64,000 nucleotides of DNA, taken from assembly GCF_963921235.1 (NCBI RefSeq), contig NC_086108.1, positions 99,574,001 through 99,638,000 on the forward strand, in the 5' to 3' direction. A program made the position numbers and the translations under genes. The notes beneath the pieces were generated by a model, which was not told the DNA's origin, did no database searches, and worked only from the letters and a program-made list of their open reading frames with translations. The stretch is from Mobula hypostoma (Eukaryota). Of the stretch, positions 24,760 to 37,265 are shown in pieces. Position 1 is the stretch's first letter, and every line of letters begins with the position of its first letter.

Positions 24760-25150
24760 GAACGGGTGGTGGGGTAGAGATTTGTTTCTACCAAAGGAAA
24801 TGTAAGGTGCTCTTTCCCTCTACTAACCTGCATTCACCCTTTGGGAAAGGTGTAGCATCTGCTTAGCACCCCCAATCAGGGTCACATAAAGCCTTGGGAG
24901 CATTTGGTGGGTGGTTTTGTGTGCAGCTGGTGCTTATCGCAAGTCCTGATTATGCGACTACCGACACCAGGCAGACTATCTCTGAAGAGTACTGATAATG
25001 GCCAGGGTCACCCTTCTTGTAAAGACACTGCCCAGAAGAAGAGAATGGCAAACAGCTTCTGTAGAAAAATTTGCCAAGAACAATCATGGTCATGGGAAGA
25101 CCATGATCACCCATCTCATATGACATGGCACATAATGAACAAACGATGGA
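24760..25150 (+). mobile_element. Short non-autonomous RTE-related element (copy 2)
   Basis: Colinear with 15598-15985. Confidence 0.65.
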
Positions 25151-25474
25151 ACTGAAATCTTCTTGGGTTGATCGTATTGATGTGACCAGTCAAACTTTAC
25201 TTTTTAGAAGAGTTAGAATTTCAGTGAAGGTTTTGCAAGTTTCAGGTCTCATGGGGCAGAACTGATAACAAAGAAAATATGGTGGCTTCCGGTTAATTGG
25301 ACTATTGTTTAATTAGGGAGCTGCTTATTTGGGAAAACTGTTAAGGAACAAAAAACTAATAGAGAAAATAGCTGGGATTTCCTTCCTTTATTTGGGACAC
25401 TATAATAGTATATTATATGTAATTTTACTAAAACTATTTTCATATATATATGTACAATAATCTGAAAATAATTA

Positions 25475-27072
25475 GATATTAAGGGAGAGGAGGTGTTGGA
25501 TTTGTTAAAGTACATTAGGACGGATAAGTTCCTGGGGCCTGACGGAATATTCCCCAGGCTGCTCCACGAGGCGAGAGAAGAGATTGCTGAGCCTCTGGCT
25601 AGGATCTTTATGTCCTCGTTGTCTACTGGAATGGTACTGGGGGATTGGATGGAGACGAATGTTGTCCCCTTGTTCAAAAAAGGTAGTAGGGATAGTCCGG
25701 GTAATTATAGACCAGTGAACCTTACGTCTGTGGTGGGAAAACTGTTAGAAAAGATTCTTAAAGATAAGATCTATGGGCATTTAGAGAATCATGGTCTGAT
25801 CAGGGACAGTCAGCATGGCTTTGTGAAGGGCAGATCATGTCTAACGAGCCTGACAGAGTTCTTTGAGGAGATGACCAGGCATATAGATGAGAGTAGTGCT
25901 GTGGATGTGATCTATAAGGATTTTAGTAAGGCATTTGACAAGGTTCCACACGGTAGGCTTATTCAGAAAGTCAGAAGGCATGGGATCCAGGGAAGTTTGG
26001 CCAGAATTGGCTTGCCTGCAGAAAGCAAAGGGTCGTGGTGGAGGGAGTACATTCAGATTGGAGGGATGTGACTAGTCGTGTCCCACAAGGATCTGTTCTG
26101 GGACCTCTTCTTTTCGTGATTTTTATTTACGACCTGGATGTGGGGGTAGAAGGGTGGGTTGGCAAGTTTGCAGGCGACACAAAGGTTGATGGTGTTGTAG
26201 ATAATGTAGAGGATTGTCGAAGATTGCAGAGAGACATTGATAGGATACAGAAGTGGGCTGAGAAGTGGCAGATGGAGTTCAACCCAGAGAAGTGTGAGGT
26301 GGTACACTTTGGAAGGACAAACTCCAAGGCAGAGTACAAAGTAAATGGCAGGATACTTGGTAGTGTGGGGGAGCAGAGGGATCTGGGGGTACATGTCCAC
26401 AGATCCCTGAAAGTTGCCTCATAGGTAGATTGGGTAGTTAAGAAAGCTTATGGCGTCTTAGCTTTCGTAAGTCGAGGGATAGAGTTTAAGAGTCGCGAGG
26501 TAATGATGCAGCTCTATAAAATTCTGGTTAGGCCACACTTGGAGTACTGTGTCCTGTTCTGGTCGCCTCACTATAGGAAGGATGTGGAAACATTGGAAAG
26601 GGCACAGAGGAGATTTACCAGGATGTTGCCTGGTTTATAGAATATGCATTATGATCAGAGATTAAGGGAGCTAGGGCTTTTCTCTTTGGAGAGAAGGAGG
26701 ATGAGAGGAGACATGATAGAGGTATACAAGACATTAAGAGGAATAGATAGAGTGGATAGCCAGCGCCTCTTCCCCAGGGCACCACTGCTCAATACAAGAG
26801 GACATGGCTTTAAGGTAAGGGGTGGGAAGTTCAAGGGGGATATTAGAGGAAAGTTTTTTTACTCAGAGAGTGGTTGGTGTGTGGAATGCACTGCCTGAGT
26901 CAGTGGTGGAGGCAGATACACTGGTGAAATTTAAGAGACTACTGGTCAGGTATATGGAGGAATTTAAGGTAGGGGGGTTATACGGGAGGCAGGACTTGAG
27001 GGTCGGCACAACATTGTGGGCCAGAGGGCCTGTACTGTGCTGTACTATTCTATGTTCTAGGTTCTATGTTCT
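25475..27072 (+). mobile_element. CR1-clade LINE (HER1-like), same young subfamily as 168-2438, 5'-truncated
   Basis: ORFs 25493-26071, 26035-26424 and 26644-26898 are nearly identical in protein sequence to the 168-2438 copy; tail ttctatgttctaggttctatgttct. Confidence 0.95.
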
Positions 27073-27254
27073 TTACACAGAAAGTGCCTTGATACCTTAT
27101 AATATCATAAATATAGGGGAAGGAGACTCCTTTATTGTCAGGTGGCCCTTTTTGAAATGATGTGATTTAATATTTGTTGGGGAGATATTAAAGTTAATTG
27201 AGATGTAAGCACTCCAGATTTTTTTGAGGCGTATAGGATGAAGGTAGGAGGTAG

Positions 27255-28160
27255 GAGTTCCAGAATCAGCTTTACTGTCAATGACACAGGTTGTGAAATT
27301 TGTTGTTTTGCAGCAGCAGTACAGCGCAAGCATAACAAATTACTACCAGTTATGACAAAAATTATTGCAAAAGAAGAATAGCAAAGTAATATTCACAGAC
27401 AATTTAGAAATATGATGGCAGAGAGGAAGATATGAAGTGTTAAGTGTGGGTGTTCAGGCTCCTGCACGTCTTCCCTGATGACAGTAATGAAGGAGTCATG
27501 TCCTGGATGGTATGGCCCTTAATGATGGATACCACCTATTAGAAGCACTGCCTTTTGAAGGTATCCTCATTAGGGAGGATTGAGACTATGATAGAGCTGG
27601 GTGAGTTTACAAACCTCTGAGGCCTATTGATGCAGCTGTAAAGAAGGCAAGACAGCGGCTATACTTCATTAGGAGTTTGAAGAGATTTGATATATCAGCA
27701 AATACACTCAAAAACTTCTGCAGGGGGTCGTAAATTTAGTCGGCTCCATCTACGGTACTAGCCTACAAATTACCCATGACATCTTCAAGGAGTGGTGTCT
27801 CAGAAAGGCAGTGTCCATTATTAAGGACCTCCAGCACCCAGGGCATGCCCTTTTCTCACTGTTACCATCAGGTAGGAGGTACAGAAGCCTGAAGGCACAC
27901 ACTCAGTGATTCAGGAACAGCTTCTTCCCCTCTGCCATCTGATTCCTAAATGGACATTGAACCCTTGGACACTACCTCACTTTTTTAATATCTATTATTT
28001 CTATTTTTGCACGATTTTCAATCTATTCAATACATCTGTACTGTAATTGATCTACTTATTTATTTTTTTTTCTTCTACATTATGTTTTGCATTGAACTGC
28101 TGATGCAAAGTTAACAAATTCCACAACATATCCGTGATAATAAACCTGATTCTGATTCCA
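27255..28160. mobile_element. Rex1/Babar 3' fragments (minus ~27255-27620, plus ~27630-28160)
   Basis: KKARQRLYFIRSLKRF and HPGHALFSLLPSGRRYRSL; tail aataaacctgattctgattc. Confidence 0.8.
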
Positions 28161-28324
28161 ATCATGCTCATTGGTGCCTCCATATCAGATGGTGATGCTT
28201 ACCAGTCAACATGCTCTCTCTCTGCATGGTACATCAGTAGAAATTTGTTATAGGCTATGGTGACAAACTAAACCTCCTTAAACTCCTAATGATATATAGC
28301 TGCTAGCGTGCCTTCATCAAGATT

Positions 28325-28610
28325 GGGGTGCCATGGCAGCGTGGTGGTTAGCACGATGCTTTATAGTACCAGCGACTTGGGTTCAATTACCACTGCTGTC
28401 TGTAAGGAGTTTGTAAGTTCTCCCGGTGAACATGTGGGTTTCCTCCAGCTACCATGGCTTCCTCCCACAGTCCAAAGACATACTGGTTGGTAGATTAATC
28501 GGTTATTGTAAAATTGTCCTGTGATTAGGCTATGATCAGATTAGGGGTTTGCAGGGTGGACGGCCTGGCTTGAAGAGCCTATACCACGCTGTGTCAATAA
28601 ATAAAAAAAT
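28325..28610 (+). mobile_element. V-domain SINE
   Basis: tRNA head, V block and aataaataaaa tail; a minus-strand copy lies at ~29060-29270. Confidence 0.8.
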
Positions 28611-29634
28611 AGAAGATTTCATCAGTTTGGTGGACCAAGGATAGATCCTTCAAGATGTTGATGCCCTGGAACTTGAAACTTGAAACAATCAAACATAGAT
28701 ACTGAGAGAATTAGGCTCAGTGGTCAGAATGACTCTGGATTTTCCTATTGTCACTGGTTTGACCGAACTCATGTTAATGGAGTTTCCCAATTGCATGAGG
28801 TTAGTATAACCCCTCATACTCACAACCACAATGGTTCCGCATCTGGAGATTTAGTCACCAGCATTAAGCAGCAGGTTCACGCGGGAGTTTCCCTGCAATT
28901 CAGCTGATTTTCCCAGCCTGGAAGGAACCACAGATAGCATCATGACAAAGTGTCTGCTGATCGGAAACTGAGCAAACAGATCAGGAGAACCAGCCACATC
29001 CTGTACAATGTTTGATATTTGATAATCTGAATCTGAAGTAAGATTAATGCCACTGATATATTTTGAGATACAGCACAGAAAGGCCCTTCTGGCCCAAGAA
29101 GCCACATTGCCTAGCAACCCAACTATTTGACACCAGCCTAAACACAGGACATTTTACAATGACCAATTAACCTAGTAACAGATACGTCTTTAGACTGTGG
29201 GAGGAAATTGGACCATGTGGAGGAAAGCCATACCCTCACAGGGAGAATGTATAAACTCCTTACAGACAGAGCTGGTACTCTATGTCATGACATTTGTTGC
29301 TTTGTGGCTGCAGTACAGTGCAATACATAAAAAATACCATAAATTACTATAAACAATATATATAAATTAAGTGAGTAATGCAAAAAGAGAGCAAAATTTT
29401 TGAGATAGTGTTAATTGTCTGTTCAGAAATGTGATGGTGGATGGGAAGAAGCTGTTCCTAAAATGTAGAGGGTGCATCTTTAGACTCCTGTACCTCACCT
29501 CTGATGGTAATGAGAAGAGGGCATGTCCTGGGTGATGGGGTTCTTAATGATGGATGCCACCTGGTGACTCTTCAGATACTCTAAGACTTAAAATTTGCCC
29601 TGTATTAACAGTATTTAATGATATTTAATTTCTT

Positions 29635-30396
29635 CAAAGGACATACTTTATACTTTATTGTCGCCAAACAATTGATACTAGAACGTACAATCATCACAGC
29701 GATATTTGATTCTGCGCTTCCTGCTCCCTGGATTACAGATATTAAATACTAAAAATAGTAAAAATTAGTAAATATTAAAAAATTAAACTGTAAATCGTAA
29801 ATAGAAAATAGAAAAATGGAAAGTAAGGTAGTGCAAAAAAACCGAGAGGCAGGTCTGGATATTTGGAGGGTATGGCCCAGATCCGGGTCTGGATCCGTTC
29901 AGCAGTCTTATCACAGTTGGAAAGAAGCTGTTCCCAAATCTGGCCGTACGAGTCTTCAAGCTCCTGAGCCTTCTCCCTGAGCTGAGGGGGACGAAAAATG
30001 TGTTGGCCGGGTGAGTTGTGTCCTTGATTATCCTGGCAGCACTGCTTTGACAGCATGCGGTGTAAAGTGAGTCCACGGACGGAAGATTGGTTTCTGTGAT
30101 GTGCTGCGCCGTGTTCACGATCTTCTGCAGCTTCTTCCGGTCTTGGACAGGACAACTTCCATACCAGGTTGTGATGCACCCTAGAAGAATGCTTTCTACG
30201 GTGCATCTATAAAAATTAGTGAGTGTTTTAGGGGACAGGCCAAATTTCTCTGGTTTTCTCAGGAAGTAAAGGCGCTGGTGGGCCTTCTTGGCAGTGGACT
30301 CTGCTTGGTTGGACCAAGTCAGGTCATTTGTGACATTGACCCCTGGGAACTTAAAGCTTTTGACCTGTTCCACTTGCGCACCACCGATGTAAATTG
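29635..30396 (-). mobile_element. Young Rex1/Babar LINE 3' end with an open C-terminal frame
   Basis: ORF 29783-30475: VEQVKSFKF.GV...KKAHQRLYFLRK...FYRCTVESILLGCITTWYGSC...RFGNSFFPTVIRLLN. Confidence 0.9.
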
Positions 30397-31269
30397 GATA
30401 CTTGTCTATCTGAGTAGAGGCGCGGAGTACAAATGAAAAGAACTTATAGGGATTGAGCACATCGATGTGGAGCACGTGGACATGTACAAAAAGTGCTGTG
30501 CAGAGGAGTTTTCAAAGTTGAAAAGCCATTGCACCAGGGCAGTTCCACTCTCTCAGCCATGGCAGTCTGGGTCCAATGGTACAAGTGGTCATCAGAACTG
30601 GGATCATCCTTGGTTGCAGTGGATGACCATGACTTCTTCTGTGCTTTGTCATGCCCTTCGCTCTTCACAAAGCATTGCAGAACCACCTCCCAGGCTGTTT
30701 GACCTCACTGTTGATCTCACCCACCAGTTGGAGCAGACTTCGAGGAACCCATAGTAGGGCTTTATTAAATCACAAGCCGGGCCTTAGGTATGATACCGGG
30801 TCCCAAAATTGGGTCTTGAAATGTCACCTTGTGGAGGAACTGGGGAAATATGGATTACTCTCACAACAGATTTGATTGAGAATCCATTTAAAAATATTGG
30901 AACACTAAAACAGAGACTTAGAAGTAGGATATCCTTTGGGCGTAACAAGAGATAGTGGTGAACTCAAGCACAGAATAAGGTCTAGAATTGACTCAGACTC
31001 AACAAACGAACACAAAACTCACAAGCAGGGATACTAGAAATGGAACCCCTATGATTGAGCACTGAGTGCTCTGCACGAGGCCTTTAAGTACAGATTTTCC
31101 ATGAAGGAATGTGGCAGGCAATACTTGGCAGTCTGAGTTTTAAAGGGACGGTGGCAGCTAACCACACTCCAGGGAATTGGAGTGCCGAAACTGGGATGCT
31201 TGCTGCTGTTCAGTTGGGACCATGACATAGAGCAAAGCCCTCTGCTCCACCATCTTCACCAAAAGCTTG

Positions 31270-31995
31270 GTGATGTCTCATCTGGAATACCAAATTGAGT
31301 TTTGGTCATCCTGCTGTAAAAAAGATGCCACTAAGGTGAAAAGAGTGCGGAAGAGATTTAGGTAGATAGATAGACAGACATACTTTATTGATCCCAAGGG
31401 AAATTGGGTTTCGTTACAGCTGCCCCAACCAAGAATAGAGCATAAATATAGCAATACAAAAACCACAAACTATCAAACAACAAAATGTAATCTATGCCAG
31501 ATGGAAATAAGTCCAGGACCAACCTACTGGCTCAGGGTGTCTGACCCTCCACGCAAGGAGCTGTGAAGTTCGATGTCCACAGGCAGGAACGCCCAGTGTT
31601 GTATCTTGGTGGAATATGGCAGGAGTCCAACAGCAAAAAGTTCAATATCCGGGCTACAAAAATTTTCCTCGATTGTAATATGACCAGGATTGCACCGTCC
31701 GTTGTTAACCAGAACAGCAAGCCCCCAACTCCTTTACGCTTACCGCTCTCAGTGCACTTCTGGTCAGCCCGAACGGTCTGGAAGCCCTCCAGGGGAAAAA
31801 CTTTTGAGAATGTTGCCAGGACTCAAGGGACTGAGTTACAGAGAGAGGTAGAGCAAGCTGAGACTTTATTTAATGTTGCATTGGAGAATGTGGAGTGATC
31901 CTACAGAGGTTATAAAATCACAAGAGGCATAGATAGGTTCACAGTCCTTTTCCCTGGATACTGGAATCAATAACTAAAGGGCATAGGTTTTAAGG
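31270..31995. mobile_element. Decayed CR1 (+) split by a minus-strand element with a (CTAT)n tail at ~31360-31800
   Basis: CR1 reads ...aagagattta | gagaatgttgccagg across the insert, which begins agatagatagacagacatactttattg. Confidence 0.6.
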
Positions 31996-32509
31996 TTCCT
32001 TCCAGCAACAGTGGCTGTGATGTAAAACTACAGAGAAAATATCCTGCATTTACTTACCCAGCACCACCTAAACCTGCCTCCAAGAAGTTAAAGTGCAGCA
32101 GTCCCTTGAGAACATGACCTGCAGATTCCCACCTAAGGTGCACACCAACCTGGCATGGAAGAATGTCACCTAATATCACTGGGGTCTACATCTTAGAATT
32201 CTCTTAGCACAGCCTTGGCAAAGGAAATTAATAATGGGCAATAAGATCATAAGAACATAAGATAAAGGAGTAGAATTAGGCCATTCTGTCCATCGAGTCT
32301 GTTCTTCCATTCCATCAAGACTGATTTGTTTTTCCTCTCAAACCCATTCTTCCTGTAACCTTTGACACCCTGACCTATCAATCTCCACTTTAAATATAAG
32401 TGTTGGCCTTGTGAATGATGACTAGATCTCAAATGTAAAGGCTAATTCCCCTCCCCAACCCAGTTATTAAAACTTGCTCCACTGTACAACAAAATTATGG
32501 GTTATGTAA

Positions 32510-32880
32510 AGTCTCAGTCCAAACCGTCAACTGTTTATTTCCCTCCATAGATGCTGCCTGACCTACTGAGTTTTGTTTTGTTTAGAGAAACAGTACAGTA
32601 GAGACCCTTCAGCCCAACGAGCCCATGCTGCCCAATTAACCAACTAATCTGCATGCCTTTAGGAGGAAGCCATTGCACCCAGAGTAAACCCACACAGTCA
32701 CGGGAAGAACATACAAACTCCTTACAGGGAATTGAACCCAGGTAACTGGCACGGTGATAGCATTATGATAATAGAGGTGCTACCGTGCCGTCCCATAAAG
32801 TGAGTTGATCAGTCCCTCCAACATTGTGTGTGTGAGTGTGTTGCTCAAGATTTCTAGCATCTACAGAATCTCTTGCATCT
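32510..32880 (+). mobile_element. Penelope pLTR split by a minus-strand V-SINE (~32580-32795)
   Basis: ccatagatgctgcctgacctactgagtt | SINE | ccctccaacattgtgtgtg...agcatctacagaatctc. Confidence 0.65.
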
Positions 32881-33619
32881 ATGGGTGATCTGATTCACCT
32901 CGTCTGAACTGCCTGATTCAGATCCCTCCTGAGTCTAAAATAGCACAAAAGAATTGTCTCAGTTCTTGAATATTTCATGACTCTGCATCTACAGCTCTGG
33001 AGTAAAGAGTATCAAGTGTTTACATCTTGGACCGCCATGGTAGCATGGAAGTAAGCACGATGTTATTACAACTAGCGGCTCAAACCAGTCCTTCTACTCT
33101 GCTCTTTTGCTAGTTATCTTTGATCAGCTCCTATTGAATTTGCCTTCACTACTACCATAGTAGTGCCTTTCGGGTACTAACCACGTACTGTCTTTACATA
33201 TTAAAAACAATTCTTGTTAGTTTTGATTTCTTTAGCCAAACACCTTTCTCCAATGTCTTTGGGTCCTTGATCCTTTCAACAATGGGAACAGTTTCTCTCC
33301 ATCTACTCTGCCCAGAGCCTATGTGACTTTAAATGCCACTTGCATGCCCCTCTGTCCAAGGATAACAGCCCAGCTTCACTGGTGTTTATGCCCCTCATCC
33401 ATGGAATAACTTTAGTAAATCTCTTCTGCATTCTGTTTAAAGCCTTTATTTTTCCTAAAATGTGGTGCCAGAACTGTACACAATACTCCGAATTGTGGTT
33501 GAACAGATGTTTGAGAAAAGCTTGTGATTTCCTTATTTCTGCATGTGCGCTTCTGTAAAGCCCAAATCTGATATGCTTTTTATATCCACTTTCGCAATCC
33601 ACCCAGGCATTTAGACACC

Positions 33620-34030
33620 ACATCGTGGCTAAGAAAGCACACTAGAACCTCTACTTCCTCAGGAGGCTAAATATATTTAGTATGTTCCCTTTAACCTTTG
33701 TCAATTTTCATAGATGCCCCATAGAAAGAGTCCTATCTGGAAGCATCATAGCATGGTATGGCAACTGCTCTGCTCAAGACTGCAAGAAACAACAGAGAGT
33801 TGCGGACACAACTTAGCCCATCATGAAAGCCAACCTCTCCTCCATTGCCTCTGGATACACTTCTTGCTGCCTCAGTGAAGCTACCAGTATTATCAAAGGC
33901 ACTTCCCACTAGACATTCTTTCTTCTTCCCCAACCCCTTCTCCTCCCCCCAATCAAGTGTAAGATGTAAGAACATGAAGGCATATGCCACCGTGTGTAAG
34001 AACAGCCTTTATCCTGATAGTCCTAACCAA
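33620..34030 (+). mobile_element. Rex1/Babar RT C-terminal fragment
   Basis: LYFLRRL...FHRCPIERVLSGSIIAWYGNCSAQDCKK. Confidence 0.75.
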
Positions 34031-35519
34031 AGATTAATGAATGGACCTCGTACGATAAAGGTACAAAGGTTCAAATGCTCATTTTATTATCTAAGTCTGT
34101 ACACAGAATACAACTCTGAGATTCAACTTCTCCAGATAGCCATGGAATTCATTGAAAGAAAAGACATCAATCCCCCCCCAACCCCCACGTAAAAAGAAAA
34201 AGAAATAAAACTCGCAAATCGCAAACCCCGAACCCCCATCTCACACAGAAGCTAACAGAAAATTAACAGATTACCCAACCAGAAAACCGCAGATAAAACA
34301 TTAAACCCCCAACTCCACACCCCTCCCCGCAAACTAAAAACCAACAGATTGCCCACACAGAAAAACACCAACAAGAGTATCAGACCCCAAATTCCCAACC
34401 CCTCACTCACCCAAAAAGCAATATATTGCGCAGCCGCCAATCGGCAACAAGAAAGAAAACACAGAAAACTGAAGGAGACCAACATAAACTACAGTCCACC
34501 TAACAATCGCGTGTGTCCTGGAATTTGGAAAAGGTGGCCTCACAGTCTACCTGGCTGTGGCCTTGCAACTCATGCCTGCATTTTCTCTGTGATTGTCTAT
34601 TCTGCAATTTTTTCTCCAAATGTGTTGCTTTTAATGTTATTGCTTTTCTCTTTGACGACCTCAGCGTACTGATGTGATGAAACAATCAGTGTGAAGGGCA
34701 TGTGAAACAAAGCATCTCAGTGTTGCTCGATACATGTGACAGTAGTAAACCAAGTTAACAACTTGCAATTTGCTTTCAACAATTGATAAATGTTTCCTTC
34801 TCCACCCCCATTCTCCACTCCAATTCTCTTTATTCTTGCGCCCATGCTTTTATTCCTGGCTTTCAGTCTTGGTGGCAAGCCAATTACGCTCAGTTCCTCA
34901 CTATAGTCGGTACCACAAGTACCTAGCAATGTGTCCACTGAGTGTACGTTCGTGGTCTTCTGCTGCTGTAGCCCATCCACTTCAAGGTTCAATGTGTTGT
35001 GTGTTTGGAGATGATCTTCTGTACACCACTGTTCTAATGTGTTGGTTATTTGAGTTACTGTCACCATGTTGGGCCGAGACCCTTCATCAGGACAGGAAAG
35101 ATCTTGGGTCAAAACAGTGACAGTAACTCAAGTAACCTCTCCTCCACTTTTTTTTTTATTTTGGTGTTTTCCCCCTTCCTGATAAAAGGGTCTTGGCCTA
35201 AAACGTCGACTGTTTATTCATTTCCATAGATGTAGTTTGACCTGCTCAGTTTCTCCAGGTGTTTGTGTGTGTTGCTTCAGTATTTTTTCTTGATTTTTTT
35301 TTCACTGTCTAGTCTCATTCCATTCAATATTTCCTCATAAGAAAAAGATTCAAACTAATGAACCTTCTATGCACTCACTGAAAGACATAATTTCTCTTTA
35401 TCTAGTCCATGAGATTCTATTATCATTGTAAACACCTCAATTATCTCACCTCCCAACCATCTCAACACAAAATGTAATTTCGCACAACCTGTTCTGATGA
35501 AAAGTCAGATTTGTAAAGT

Positions 35520-37265
35520 ACATTAACAACTTGGATGTGAGTGTAGGAGGTATGATTAGTAAGTTTGCAGATGACATGTAAATTGGTAGTGTTGTTGATG
35601 ATAAGGAGGCTAGTCAGTTAATTAGGCAAAGCATAGGCAGATGGAATGTAACCCTGATAATAAGAGAGAAGCATTTTGTGGGAATCTAATAATAGTCGGG
35701 CATATACCATTAATACTAGGACGTTAAAGAGCATTGAGAGATGAAAGGACTTTGGGATAATGTGTGTGTGGCATCTGTTAGTCTCGCGAGACCATGGATC
35801 TGCGCCTGGAAAGTCTTGCTTCAGTCTGTGTCGGTAGAGCAGCGTATGCTGTGGCTGTAGAGTCCCACATGGGAGTGACAGTCTCCGCTGCAGCGACTGC
35901 ACTTGAAGGCGTTGTCCTCCGGTGTTGTCTTGGTGCTTTTCTTTTCAGTGAGTGCGCTTTTCTTCAGCAGCAAGCCTCTGCTTCTCTTCTCCTCTTTTTA
36001 CACCTCTGCGTCATTCCAGCCTCCAGCGAGAGCGATCGCTTGCAATGTCCTCCCACCTCTCGACGTTCACGTTCAGTGACTTCATGCCTCTCTTGCAGAC
36101 ATCTTTGAAACGAAGATGGGGCCGCCCTTGTGCTCTCTTGCTGGAGGCCAGTTCCCCGTACAGCAGGTCTTTTGGGATCCTCCCGTCTGACATGCGGTGT
36201 ACATGGCCCAGTTAGTGGAGACGGCGTTGTTGGAGCAGGGTGAAGAGGCTGGGTATCTGGGCGTGGGCCAGGACCTCATTGTCGGTGACTCGGTCAGTCC
36301 CCTTGCTGTCCAGGATGCGTCTCAGGCTGCGAAGGTGGAAGGCGTTGAGACGCTGCTCTTGTCTGGAGTAGAGGCTCCAGGTCTCACTGCCGTAAAGCAG
36401 TGTGCTGAGGATGCAGGCTCTGTAGATTGCAACCTTGGTGTGCGTCGTCAGCTTTCTGTTCTCCCAGACTCTCTTTGTCAGCCTGGCTAATGTTGAGGCT
36501 GCTCGTCCGATCCGCCTGTTGATCTTGGGGTCTAGGAAGAGACTGTCTGTGATGGTGGAGCCAAGGTATGTAAACTCGTGAATTACCTCCAGCTCATAGT
36601 TGTTGATGGTAACGGCAGCGGGGTGCTCAATGCCTTGGCCCAACGTGTTGGTCTTCTTCAGGCTGATGGTCAAGCTGAAGTCCTAGCAGGCTCTTGAGAA
36701 GCTGTCCATGAGGCGTTGCAGTTGTTCTTCAGAGTGTGTTGCCAATGTCGCGTCGTCTGCAAACAACATGTCCCTGATGAGTACTTCATGAACCTTGGTT
36801 TTCGCCCTCAGCCGGGACAGACTGAACAGCCTCCCGTCCGATCTGGTGTGGAGGTAAACACCATCAGTTGATGTTCCAAAGGCGTGCTTCAGCATGACTG
36901 CGAAGAAGATGCCGAACAGGGTGGGTGCTTCACACCGCTGCGGATGTTGATGGCCTCCGAAGAAGAGCCGTCGAACTGAACGACGCCCTTCACGTCTGTA
37001 TGGAATGACTGAACTATCCTGAGGAGCCTCGGGGGACAACCAATCCTGGCGAGGATTTTGAACAGGCTGTCTCTGCTCACAAGGTCGAAAGCCTTCGTGA
37101 GGTCAATGAAAGCGATATATCTGAAGATGGCAGCACAGGTGCATAAGATGATGACAAAGGAAAAAAGGTTGCTTGTCTTCCTTATCAGGGGCCTAGAATA
37201 TATTCGATGTCTTTATGAAACTTTAGTTGGGCTGCATTTGGAGCATTACTTGAAATTCTGGTTGC
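35520..37265 (+). mobile_element. Old CR1 fragment (35520-35760 and 37120-37265) hosting the RTE insertion
   Basis: ISKFADD at ~35555; continuation after 37120 to L.GLHLEHYLKFW. Confidence 0.6.
35770..37120 (-). mobile_element. RTE-clade LINE, 5'-truncated RT and C-terminus with intact 3' end and (CA)n tail
   Basis: IAFIDLTKAFDLVSR, PTLFGIFF, DMLFADDA, FTYLGS, TLLYGSETW, GRIPKDLLYGEL...GRPHLRFKDVCKR. Confidence 0.93.

Noticed and set aside
30790..31228. Possible solo LTR starting tgtcatggtccc on the minus strand
   Set aside because: The other terminus and the TSD are not convincing, and there is only one copy in the window.
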